Source: Eledone cirrhosa (lineage: Eukaryota). Taken from it: a stretch of 64,000 nucleotides of DNA. The position numbers and the translations under genes are program-made. The notes beneath the pieces were generated by a model that was given only the letters and a program-made list of their open reading frames with translations, had not been told where the DNA came from and made no database searches. The stretch lies in contig OZ024743.1 of assembly GCA_964016885.1 (NCBI GenBank), forward strand, positions 137,392,001-137,456,000, in the 5' to 3' direction. Below, piece after piece: positions 37,801 through 49,800 of this stretch (the first letter of the stretch is position 1; each line of letters opens with the position of its first letter).

Positions 37801-40800
37801 TGGTGCTTGGTGTTTGGTGCTTCGTGGTTGGTGTTAGGTGTTTGGTGCTTGGTGCTTCGTGTTTTGTCCTTCGTGCTTGGTGCTTGGTGTTTGGTGCTTG
37901 GTGCTTGGTGTTAGGTGTTTGTTGCTTGGGGCTTGGTGTTTGGTGCTTGGTGCTTGGTGCTTGGTGTTTGATGCTTGGTGTTTGGTGTTTGGTGTTTGGT
38001 GCTTGGTGCTTGGTGTTTGGTGCTTGGTGCTTGGTGCTGGGTGGTTGGTGTTTGGTGCTTGGTGCTTGGTGTTTGGTGCTTGGTGCTTGGTGCTTGGTCC
38101 TTGGTGTTTGGTGTTTAGTGCTTGGTGCTTGGTGCTTGGTGTTTAGTGCTTGGTGCTTGGTGCTTGGTGTTTAGTGCTTAGTGCTTGGTGCATTGTGATT
38201 AGAGTTTGGTGTTTGGTGCTTGGTGCTTGGTGTTTGGTGCTTGGAACTTGGTGTTTGGTGCTTGGTGTTTGCTGTTTGCTGTTTAGTGTTTGGTGTTTGG
38301 TGTTTGGGGTTTGCTGTTTGGTGTCTGCTTTTTGGTGTTTGGTGTTTGCTCTATGGTGTTTGCTGTTTCATGTTTGGTGTTTGCTGTTTGGTGTTTGCTG
38401 TTTGGTGTTTGGTGTATGGTGCTTGGTGTTTGGTGTTTGGTGCTTGGTGCTTGGTGTTTGGTGCTTGGCGCTTGGTGCCTGGTGCTTGTTGTTTGGTGAT
38501 TGGTGGTTGGTGTTTGCTGTTTGCTGTTTGCTGTTTGGTGTTTGGTGTTTGGTGTTTGCTGTTTGGTGTTTGGTGCTTGGTGCTTCGTGCTTGGTGTGTT
38601 GTGCTTGGTGCTTGGTGTTTGGTGTTTGGTGCTTGGTGCCTGGTGCTTGTTGTTTGGTGCATGGTGTTTGGTGCTTGGTGTTTGGTGCTTGGTGCTTGGT
38701 GTTTGGTGTTTGGTGTTTGGTGCTTGGTGCTTGGTGTTTGGTGCTTGGTGCTTGGTGCTGGGTGGTTGGTGTTTGGTGCTTGGTGCTTGGTGTTTGGTGC
38801 TTGCTGCTTGCTGTTTGGTTCTTGGTGTTTGGTGCTTTGTCCTTGGTGTTTGGTCTTTAGTGCTTTGTGCTTGGTGCTTGGTGTTTAGTGCTTGGTGCTT
38901 GGTGCATTGTGATTAGTGTTTGGTGCTTGGTGCTTGGGGATTGGTGTTTGGTGCTTGGTGCTTGGTGTTTGGTGCTTGGAACTTGCTGTTTGGTGCTTGG
39001 TGTTTGCTGTTTGGTGTCTGCTTTTTGGTGTTTGGTGTTTGCTCTATGGTGTTTGCTGTTTCATGTTTGGTGTTTGCTGTTTGGTGTTTGGTGCTTGGTG
39101 TTTGGTGTTTGGTGCTTGGTGCTTGGTGTTTGGTGTTTGATGCTTGGTGCTTGGTGCTTGGTGTTTGGTGCTTGGTGCCTGGTGCTTGTTGTTTGGTGCT
39201 TGGTGTTTGGTGTTTGGTGTTTGGTGCTTGGAGCTTGGTGCTTGGTGCTTGGTGCTTGGTGTTTGGTGCTTGGTGATTGGTGCTTGGTGTTTTGTGCTGG
39301 GTGCTTGGTGTTTGGTGCTTGGTGCTTGGTGCTTGGTATTTGGTGTTTGGTGTTTGATGCTTGGTGTTTGATGCTTGCTGCTTCGTGCTTGGTGCTTGAT
39401 GCTTGCTGTTTGTACTTGGTGCTTGGGTTTTTTGTGCTTGGTTCTTGGTGTTTGGTGCTTGGTGTTTGGTACTTGGTGCTTGGTGTTTGGTGCTTGGTGT
39501 TTGGTGTTTGGTGCTTGGTGTTTGGTGCTTGGTGCTTGGTGCTTGGTGTTAGGTGTTTGGTGCTTCATGCTTGGTGCTTGGTGTTTGGTGCTTGGTGCTT
39601 GGTATTTGGTGCTTGGTGCCTGGTGCAAGGTGTTTGTTGCTTGGTGCTTGGTGTTTTGTGTTTGGTGCTTGGTGCTTGGGGCTTGGTGTTTGGTGCTTGG
39701 TGCTTGGTGCCTGGTGCTTGGTGTTTGGTGTTTGGTGCTTGGTGTTTGGTGCTTGGTGCTTGGTGCTTGGTGTTAGGTGTTTGGTGCTTGGTGCTTGGTG
39801 TTTTATGCTTGGTGCTTGGTGTTTGGTGCTTGGTGCTTGGTGTTTGGTGCTTGGTGCTTGGTGTTTCGTGTTTGGTGCTTGGTGCTTGGTGTTAGGTGTT
39901 TGGTGCTTGGTGCTTGGTGTTTGGTGTTTGGTCCTTGGTGCTTGGTGTTTGGTGCTTAGTGCTTGGTGTTTGTTGTTTGGTGCTTTCTGCTTGCTGCTTG
40001 GTGTTTGCTGCTTGGTGCTTGGTGTTTGGTGCTTGTTGCTTGGTGTTTGGTGTTTGGTGTTTGATGCTTGGTGTTTGATGCTTCGTGTTTGATGCTTGGT
40101 GCTTGGTGCTGGGTGTTTGGTGCTTGGTGCTTGGTGTTTGTACTTGGTGCTTGGTGCTTGGTGTTTGGTGCTTGGTTCTTGGTGTTTGGTGCTTGGTGTT
40201 TGGTGCTTGGTGCTTGGTGTTTGGTGTTTGGTGCTTGGTGTTTGGTGCTTGGTGCTTGGGGCTTGGTGTTTGGCGCTTGGTGCTTGGTGTTTGGTGCTTG
40301 GTGCTTGGTGTTTGGTGTTTGGTGTTTGGTGCTTGGTGCTTGGTGTTTGGTGCTTCGTGGTTGGTGTTAGGTGTTTGGTGCTTGGTGCTTGGTGTTCTGT
40401 CCTTCGTGCTTGGTGCTTGGTGTTTGGTGCTTGGTGCTTGGTGTTAGGTGTTTGGTGCTTGGGGCTTGGTGTTTGGTGCTTGGTGCTGCTGCTTGGTGTT
40501 TGGTGCTTGGTGATTGCTGCTTGGTGTTTGGTGCTTGGTGTTTGGTGTTTGGTGTTTGGTGCTTGGGGCTTGGTGTTTGGTGCTTGGTGCTTGGTGCTTG
40601 GTGTTTGATGCTTGGTGTTTGGTGTTTGGTGTTTGGTGCTTGGTGCTTGGTGTTTGGTGCTTGGTGCTTGGTGTTTAGTGCTTGGTGCTTGGTGCTTGGT
40701 GTTTAGTGCTTAGTGCTTGGTGCATTGTGATTAGAGTTTGGTGCTTGGTGCTTGGGGTTTGGTGTTTGGTGCTTGGTGCTTGGTGTTTGGTGCTTGGAAC

Positions 40801-43800
40801 TTGGTGTTTGGTGCTTGGTGTTTGCTGTTTGCTGTTTAGTGTTTGGTGTTTGGTGTTTGGGGTTTGCTGTTTGGTGTCTGCTTTTTGGTGTTTGGTGTTT
40901 GCTCTATGATATTTGCTGTTTCATGTTTGGTGTTTGCTGTTTGGTGTTTGCTGTTTGGTGTTTGGTCTTTGGTGCTTGGTGTTTGGTGTTTGGTGCTTGG
41001 TGCTTGGTGTTTGGTGCTTGGTGCTTGGTGCCTGGTGCTTGTTGTTTGGTGATTGGTGGTTGGTGTTTGCTGTTTGCTGTTTGGTGTTTGGTGTTTGGTG
41101 TTTGCTGTTTGGTGCTTGGTGCTTGGTGTTTGGTGCTTGGTGCTTGGTGCTGGGTGGTTGGTGTTTGGTGCTTGGTGCTTGGTGTTTGGTGCTTGCTGCT
41201 TGCTGTTTGGTTCTTGGTGCTTGGTGCTTTGTCCTTGGTGTTTGGTCTTTAGTGCTTTGTGCTTGGTGCTTGGTGTTTAGTGCTTGGTGCTTGGTGCATT
41301 GTGATTAGTGTTTGGTGCTTGGTGCTTGGGGATTGGTGTTTGGTGCTTGGTGCTTGGTGTTTGGTGCTTGGAACTTGGTGTTTGGTGCTTGGTGTTTGCT
41401 GTTTGGTGTCTGCTTTTTGGTGTTTGGTGTTTGCTGTTTCATGTTTGGTGTTTGCTGTTTGGTGTTTGGTGCTTGGTGTTTGGTGTTTGGTGCTTGGTGC
41501 TTGGTGTTTGGTGTTTGATGCTTGGTGCTTGGTGCTTGGTGTTTGGTGCTTGGTGCCTGGTGCTTGTTGTTTGGTGCTTGGTGTTTGGTGTTTGGTGTTT
41601 GGTGCTTGGAGCTTGGTGCTTGGTGCTTGGTGCTTGGTGTTTGGTGCTTGGTGATTGGTGCTTGGTGTTTGGTGCTGGGTGCTTGGTGTTTGGTGCTTGG
41701 TGCTTGGTGCTTGGTATTTGGTGTTTGGTGTTTGATGCTTGGTGTTTGATGCTTGCTGCTTCGTGCTTGGTGCTTGATGCTTGCTGTTTGTACTTGGTGC
41801 TTGGGTTTTTTGTGCTTGGTTCTTGGTGTTTGGTGCTTGGTGTTTGGTGTTTGGTGCTTGGTGTTTGGTGCTTGGTGTTTGGTGTTTGGTGCTTGGTGTT
41901 TGGTGCTTGGTGCTTGGTGCTTGGTGTTAGGTGTTTGGTGCTTCATGCTTGGTGCTTGGTGTTTGGTGCTTGGTGCTTGGTGTTTGGTGCTTGGTGCCTG
42001 GTGCAAGGTGTTTGTTGCTTGGTGCTTGGTGTTTGGTGTTTGGTGCTTGGTGCTTGGGGCTTGGTGTTTGGTGCTTGGTGCTTGGTGCCTGGTGCTTGGT
42101 GTTTGGTGTTTGGTGCTTGGTGTTTGGTGCTTGGTGCTTGGTGCTTGGTGTTAGGTGTTTGGTGCTTGGTGCTTGGTGTTTTATGCTTGGTGCTTGGTTT
42201 GTGGTGCTTGGTGCTTGGTGTTTGGTGCTTGGTGCTTGGTGTTTCGTGTTTGGTGCTTGGTGCTTGGTGTTAGGTGTTTGGTGCTTGGTGCTTGGTGTTT
42301 GGTGTTTGGTCCTTGGTGCTTGGTGTTTGGTGCTTTGTGCTTGGTGTTTGTTGTTTGGTGCTTTCTGCTTGCTGCTTGGTGTTTGCTGCTTGGTGCTTGG
42401 TGTTTGGTGCTTGTTGCTTGGTGTTTGGTGTTTGGTGTTTGATGCTTGGTGTTTGATGCTTCGTGTTTGATGCTTGGTGCTTGGTGCTGGGTGTTTGGTG
42501 CTTGGTGCTTGGTGTTTGGTGCTTGGTTCTTGGTGTTTGGTGCTTGGTGTTTGGTGCTTGGTGCTTGGTGTTTGGTGTTTGGTGCTTGGTGTTTGGTGCT
42601 TGGTGCTTGGGGCTTGGTGTTTGGCGCTTGGTGCTTGGTGTTTGGTGCTTGGTGCTTGGTGTTTGGTGCTTCGTGGTTGGTGTTAGGTGTTTGGTGCTTG
42701 GTGCTTCGTGTTTTGTCCTTCGTGCTTGGTGCTTGGTGTTTGGTGCTTGGTGCTTGGTGTTAGGTGTTTGTTGCTTGGGGCTTGGTGTTTGGTGCTTGGT
42801 GCTTGGTGCTTGGTGTTTGATGCTTGGTGTTTGGTGTTTGGTGTTTGGTGCTTGGTGCTTGGTGTTTGGTGCTTGGTGCTTGGTGCTGGGTGGTTGGTGT
42901 TTGGTGCTTGGTGCTTGGTGTTTGGTGCTTGGTGCTTGGTGCTTGGTCCTTGGTGTTTGGTGTTTAGTGCTTGGTGCTTGGTGCTTGGTGTTTAGTGCTT
43001 GGTGCTTGGTGCTTGGTGTTTAGTGCTTAGTGCTTGGTGCATTGTGATTAGAGTTTGGTGTTTGGTGCTTGGTGCTTGGTGTTTGGTGCTTGGAACTTGG
43101 TGTTTGGTGCTTGGTGTTTGCTGTTTGCTGTTTAGTGTTTGGTGTTTGGTGTTTGGGGTTTGCTGTTTGGTGTCTGCTTTTTGGTGTTTGGTGTTTGCTC
43201 TATGGTGTTTGCTGTTTCATGTTTGGTGTTTGCTGTTTGGTGTTTGCTGTTTGGTGTTTGGTGTATGGTGCTTGGTGTTTGGTGTTTGGTGCTTGGTGCT
43301 TGGTGTTTGGTGCTTGGCGCTTGGTGCCTGGTGCTTGTTGTTTGGTGATTGGTGGTTGGTGTTTGCTGTTTGCTGTTTGCTGTTTGGTGTTTGGTGTTTG
43401 GTGTTTGCTGTTTGGTGTTTGGTGCTTGGTGCTTCGTGCTTGGTGTGTTGTGCTTGGTGCTTGGTGTTTGGTGTTTGGTGCTTGGTGCCTGGTGCTTGTT
43501 GTTTGGTGCATGGTGTTTGGTGCTTGGTGTTTGGTGCTTGGTGCTTGGTGTTTGGTGTTTGGTGTTTGGTGCTTGGTGCTTGGTGTTTGGTGCTTGGTGC
43601 TTGGTGCTGGGTGGTTGGTGTTTGGTGCTTGGTGCTTGGTGTTTGGTGCTTGCTGCTTGCTGTTTGGTTCTTGGTGTTTGGTGCTTTGTCCTTGGTGTTT
43701 GGTCTTTAGTGCTTTGTGCTTGGTGCTTGGTGTTTAGTGCTTGGTGCTTGGTGCATTGTGATTAGTGTTTGGTGCTTGGTGCTTGGGGATTGGTGTTTGG

Positions 43801-46800
43801 TGCTTGGTGCTTGGTGTTTGGTGCTTGGAACTTGCTGTTTGGTGCTTGGTGTTTGCTGTTTGGTGTCTGCTTTTTGGTGTTTGGTGTTTGCTCTATGGTG
43901 TTTGCTGTTTCATGTTTGGTGTTTGCTGTTTGGTGTTTGGTGCTTGGTGTTTGGTGTTTGGTGCTTGGTGCTTGGTGTTTGGTGTTTGATGCTTGGTGCT
44001 TGGTGCTTGGTGTTTGGTGCTTGGTGCCTGGTGCTTGTTGTTTGGTGCTTGGTGTTTGGTGTTTGGTGTTTGGTGCTTGGAGCTTGGTGCTTGGTGCTTG
44101 GTGCTTGGTGTTTGGTGCTTGGTGATTGGTGCTTGGTGTTTTGTGCTGGGTGCTTGGTGTTTGGTGCTTGGTGCTTGGTGCTTGGTATTTGGTGTTTGGT
44201 GTTTGATGCTTGGTGTTTGATGCTTGCTGCTTCGTGCTTGGTGCTTGATGCTTGCTGTTTGTACTTGGTGCTTGGGTTTTTTGTGCTTGGTTCTTGGTGT
44301 TTGGTGCTTGGTGTTTGGTACTTGGTGCTTGGTGTTTGGTGCTTGGTGTTTGGTGTTTGGTGCTTGGTGTTTGGTGCTTGGTGCTTGGTGCTTGGTGTTA
44401 GGTGTTTGGTGCTTCATGCTTGGTGCTTGGTGTTTGGTGCTTGGTGCTTGGTATTTGGTGCTTGGTGCCTGGTGCAAGGTGTTTGTTGCTTGGTGCTTGG
44501 TGTTTTGTGTTTGGTGCTTGGTGCTTGGGGCTTGGTGTTTGGTGCTTGGTGCTTGGTGCCTGGTGCTTGGTGTTTGGTGTTTGGTGCTTGGTGTTTGGTG
44601 CTTGGTGCTTGGTGCTTGGTGTTAGGTGTTTGGTGCTTGGTGCTTGGTGTTTTATGCTTGGTGCTTGGTGTTTGGTGCTTGGTGCTTGGTGTTTGGTGCT
44701 TGGTGCTTGGTGTTTCGTGTTTGGTGCTTGGTGCTTGGTGTTAGGTGTTTGGTGCTTGGTGCTTGGTGTTTGGTGTTTGGTCCTTGGTGCTTGGTGTTTG
44801 GTGCTTTGTGCTTGGTGTTTGTTGTTTGGTGCTTTCTGCTTGCTGCTTGGTGTTTGCTGCTTGGTGCTTGGTGTTTGGTGCTTGTTGCTTGGTGTTTGGT
44901 GTTTGGTGTTTGATGCTTGGTGTTTGATGCTTCGTGTTTGATGCTTGGTGCTTGGTGCTGGGTGTTTGGTGCTTGGTGCTTGGTGTTTGTACTTGGTGCT
45001 TGGTGCTTGGTGTTTGGTGCTTGGTTCTTGGTGTTTGGTGCTTGGTGTTTGGTGCTTGGTGCTTGGTGTTTGGTGTTTGGTGCTTGGTGTTTGGTGCTTG
45101 GTGCTTGGGGCTTGGTGTTTGGCGCTTGGTGCTTGGTGTTTGGTGCTTGGTGCTTGGTGTTTGGTGTTTGGTGTTTGGTGCTTGGTGCTTGGTGTTTGGT
45201 GCTTCGTGGTTGGTGTTAGGTGTTTGGTGCTTGGTGCTTGGTGTTCTGTCCTTCGTGCTTGGTGCTTGGTGTTTGGTGCTTGGTGCTTGGTGTTAGGTGT
45301 TTGGTGCTTGGGGCTTGGTGTTTGGTGCTTGGTGCTGCTGCTTGGTGTTTGGTGCTTGGTGATTGCTGCTTGGTGTTTGGTGCTTGGTGTTTGGTGTTTG
45401 GTGTTTGGTGCTTGGGGCTTGGTGTTTGGTGCTTGGTGCTTGGTGCTTGGTGTTTGATGCTTGGTGTTTGGTGTTTGGTGTTTGGTGCTTGGTGCTTGGT
45501 GTTTGGTGCTTGGTGCTTGGTGCTGGGTGGTTGGTGTTTGGTGCTTGGTGCTTGGTGTTTGGTGCTTGGTGCTTGGTGTTTGGTTCTTGGTGCTTGGTGC
45601 TTGGTCCTTGGTGTTTGGTGTTTAGTGCTTGGTGCTTGGTGCTTGGTATTTAGTGCTTGGTGCTTGGTGCTTGGTGTTTAGTGCTTAGTGCTTGGTGCAT
45701 TGTGATTAGAGTTTGGTGCTTGGTGCTTGGGGTTTGGTGTTTGGTGCTTGGTGCTTGGTGTTTGGTGCTTGGAACTTGGTGTTTGGTGCTTGGTGTTTGC
45801 TGTTTGCTGTTTAGTGTTTGGTGTTTGGTGTTTGGGGTTTGCTGTTTGGTGTCTGCTTTTTGGTGTTTGGTGTTTGCTCTTTGGTGTTTGCTGTTTCATG
45901 TTTGGTGTTTGCTGTTTGGTGTTTGCTGTTTGGTGTTTGGTGTTTGGTGCTTGGTGTTTGGTGTTTGGTGCTTGGTGCTTGGTGTTTGGTGCTTGGCGCT
46001 TGGTGCCTGGTGCTTGTTGTTTGGTGATTGGTGGTTGGTGTTTGCTGTTTGCTGTTTGGTGTTTGGTGCTTGGTGCTTGGTGTTTGGTGTTTGGTGCTTG
46101 GTGCCTGGTGCTTGTTGTTTGGTGCATGGTGTTTGGTGCTTGGTGTTTGGTGCTTGGTGCTTGGTGTTTGGTGTTTGGTGTTTGGTGCTTGGTGCTTGGT
46201 TTTTGGTGCTTGGTGCTTGGTGCTGGGTGGTTGGTGTTTGGTGCTTGGTGCTTGGTGTTTGGTGCTTGCTGCTTGCTGTTTGGTTCTTGGTGCTTGGTGC
46301 TTTGTCCTTGGTGTTTGGTCTTTAGTGCTTTGTGCTTGGTGCTTGGTGTTTAGTGCTTGGTGCTTGGTGCATTGTGATTAGTGTTTGGTGCTTGGTGCTT
46401 GGGGATTGGTGTTTGGTGCTTGGTGCTTGGTGTTTGGTGCTTGGAACTTGCTGTTTGGTGCTTGGTGTTTGCTGTTTGGTGTCTGCTTTTTGGTGTTTGG
46501 TGTTTGCTCTATGGTGTTTGCTGTTTCATGTTTGGTGTTTGCTGTTTGGTGTTTGGTGCTAGGTGTTTGGTGTTTGGTGCTTGGTGCTTGGTGTTTGGTG
46601 TTTGATGCTTGGTGCTTGGTGCTTGGTGTTTGGTGCTTGGTGCCTGGTGCTTGTTGTTTGGTGCTTGGTGTTTGGTGTTTGGTGTTTGGTGCTTGGAGCT
46701 TGGTGCTTGGTGCTTGGTGCTTGGTGTTTGGTGCTTGGTGATTGGTGCTTGGTGTTTGGTGCTGGGTGCTTGGTGTTTGGTGCTTGGTGCTTGGTGCTTG

Positions 46801-49800
46801 GTATTTGGTGTTTGGTGTTTGATGCTTGGTGTTTGATGCTTGCTGCTTCGTGCTTGGTGCTTGATGCTTGCTGTTTGTACTTGGTGCTTGGGTTTTTTGT
46901 GCTTGGTTCTTGGTGTTTGGTGCTTGGTGTTTGGTGCTTGGTGCTTGGTGTTTGGTGCTTGGTGTTTGGTGTTTGGTGCTTGGTGTTTGGTGCTTGGTGC
47001 TTGGTGCTTGGTGTTAGGTGTTTGGTGCTTCATGCTTGGTGCTTGGTGTTTGGTGCTTGGTGCTTGGTGTTTGGTGCTTGGTGCCTGGTGCAAGGTGTTT
47101 GTTGCTTGGTGCTTGGTGTTTGGTGTTTGGTGCTTGGTGCTTGGGGCTTGGTGTTTGGTGCTTGGTGCTTGGTGCTTGGTGCTTGGTGTTTGGTGTTTGG
47201 TGCTTGGTGTTTGGTGCTTGGTGCTTGGTGCTTGGTGTTAGGTGTTTGGTGCTTGGTGCTTGGTGTTTTATGCTTGGTGCTTGGTGTTTGGTGCTTGGTG
47301 CTTGGTGTTTGGTGCTTGGTGCTTGGTGTTTCGTGTTTGGTGCTTGGTGCTTGGTGTTAGGTGTTTGGTGCTTGGTGCTTGGTGTTTGGTGTTTGGTCCT
47401 TGGGGCTTGGTGTTTGGTGCTTTGTGCTTGGTGTTTGTTGTTTGGTGCTTTCTGCTTGCTGCTTGGTGTTTGCTGCTTGGTGCTTGGTGTTTGGTGCTTG
47501 TTGCTTGGTGTTTGGTGTTTGGTGTTTGATGCTTGGTGTTTGATGCTTCGTGTTTGATGCTTGGTGCTTGGTGCTGGGTGTTTGGTGCTTGGTGCTTGGT
47601 GTTTGTACTTGGTGCTTGGTGCTTGGTGTTTGGTGCTTGGTTCTTGGTGTTTGGTGCTTGGTGTTTGGTGCTTGGTGCTTGGTGTTTGGTGTTTGGTGCT
47701 TGGTGTTTGGTGCTTGGTGCTTGGGGCTTGGTGTTTGGCGCTTGGTGCTTGGTGTTTGGTGCTTGGTGCTTGGTGTTTGGTGTTTGGAGTTTGGTGCTTG
47801 GTGCTTGGTGTTTGGTGCTTCGTGGTTGGTGTTAGGTGTTTGGTGCTTGGTGCTTGGTGTTTTGTCCTTCGTGCTTGGTGCTTGGTGTTTGGTGCTTGGT
47901 GCTTGGTGTTAGGTGTTTGGTGCTTGGGGCTTGGTGTTTGGTGCTTGGTGCTGCTGCCTGGTGTTTGGTGCTTGGTGATTGCTGCTTGGTGTTTGGTGCT
48001 CGGTGTTTGGTGTTTGGTGTTTGGTGTTTGGTGCTTGGGGCTTGGTGTTTGGTGCTTGGTGCTTGGTGCTTGGTGTTTGATGCTTGGTGTTTGGTGTTTG
48101 GTGTTTGGTGCTTGGTGCTTGGTGTTTGGTGCTTGGTGCTTGGTGCTGGGTGGTTGGTGTTTGGTGCTTGGTGCTTGGTGTTTGGTGCTTGGTGCTTGGT
48201 GTTTGGTTCTTGGTGCTTGGTGCTTGGTCCTTGGTGTTTGGTGTTTAGTGCTTGGTGCTTGGTGCTTGGTGTTTAGTGCTTGGTGCTTGGAGCTTGGTGT
48301 TTAGTGCTTAGTGCTTGGTGCATTGTGATTAGAGTTTGGTGCTTGGTGCTTGGGGTTTGGTGTTTGGTGCTTGGTTCTTGGTGTTTGGTGCTTGGAACTT
48401 GGTGTTTGGTGCTTGGTGTTTGCTGTTTGCTGTTTAGTGTTTGGTGTTTGGTGTTTGGGGTTTGCTGTTTGGTGTCTGCTTTTTGGTGTTTGGTGGTTGC
48501 TCTATGGTGTTTGCTGTTTCATGTTTGGTGTTTGCTGTTTGGTGTTTGCTGTTTGGTGTTTGGTCTTTGGTGCTTGGTGTTTGGTGTTTGGTGCTTGGTG
48601 TTTGGTGCTTGGTGCTTGGTGCCTGGTGCTTGTTGTTTGGTGATTGGTGGTTGGTGTTTGCTGTTTGCTGTTTGGTGTTTGGTGCTTGGTGTTTGCTGTT
48701 TGGTGTTTGGTGCTTGGTGCTTCGTGCTTGGTGTTTTGTGCTTGGTGCTTGGTGTTTGGTGTTTGGTGCTTGGTGCCTGGTGCTTGTTGTTTGGTGCATG
48801 GTGTTTGGTGCTTGGTGTTTGGTGCTTGGTGCTTGGTGTTTGGTGTTTGGTGTTTGGTGCTTGGTGCTTGGTGTTTGGTGCTTGGTGCTTGGTGCTGGGT
48901 GGTTGGTGTTTGGTGCTTGGTGCTTGGTGTTTGGTGCTTGCTGCTTGCTGTTTGGTTCTTGGTGCTTGGTGCTTTGTCCTTGGTGTTTGGTCTTTAGTGC
49001 TTTGTGCTTGGTGCTTGGTGTTTAGTGCTTGGTGCTTGGTGCATTGTGATTAGTGTTTGGTGCTTGGTGCTTGGGGATTGGTGTTTGGTGTTTGGTGCTT
49101 GGTGTTTGGTGCTTGGAACTTGGTGTTTGGTGCTTGGTGTTTGCTGTTTGGTGTCTGCTTTTTGGTGTTTGGTGTTTGCTCTATGGTGTTTGCTGTTTCA
49201 TGTTTGGTGTTTGCTGTTTGGTGCTTGGTGTTTGGTGTTTGGTGTTTGGTGCTTGGTGTTTGGTGTTTGGTGCTTGGTGCTTGGTGTTTGGTGTTTGATG
49301 CTTGGTGCTTGGTGCTTAGTGTTTGGTGCTTGGTGCCTGGTGCTTGTTGTTTGGTGCTTGGTGTTTGGTGTTTGGTGTTTGGTGCTTGGAGCTTGGTGCT
49401 TGGTGCTTGGTGCTTGGTGTTTGGTGCTTGGTGATTGGTGCTTGGTGTTTGGTGCTGGGTGCTTGGTGTTTGGTGCTTGGTGCTTGGTGCTTGGTATTTG
49501 GTGTTTGGTGTTTGATGCTTGGTGTTTGATGCTTGCTGCTTCGTGCTTGGTGCTTGATGCTTGTTGTTTGTACTTGGTGCTTGGGTTTTTTCTGCTTGGT
49601 TCTTGGTGTTTGGTGCTTGGTGTTTGGTGCTTGGTGCTTGGTGTTTGGTGCTTGGTGTTTGGTGTTTGGTGCTTGGTGTTTGGTGCTTGGTGCTTGGTGC
49701 TTGGTGTTAGGTGTTTGGTGCTTCATGCTTGGTGCTTGGTGTTTGGTGCTTGGTGCTTGGTGTTTGGTGCTTGGTGCCTGGTGCAAGGTGTTTGTTGCTT
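34830..49800. repeat. ~2.3-2.7 kb higher-order repeat, about 6 copies
   Basis: TTTTATGC-containing ORF starts at 34942, 37306, 39777, 42155, 44626 and 47242. GCATTGTGATTAGAG-containing ORF starts at 35833, 38150, 40682, 42999, 45657 and 48280. Confidence 0.85.
35810..45510. repeat. Near-perfect 4849-bp tandem duplication (dimer of the ~2.4-kb unit)
   Basis: Constant offset 4849 for ORF pairs 35833/40682, 36456/41305, 38150/42999, 39044/43893 and 40068/44917. Rare differences include A39958 versus T44807. Confidence 0.9.
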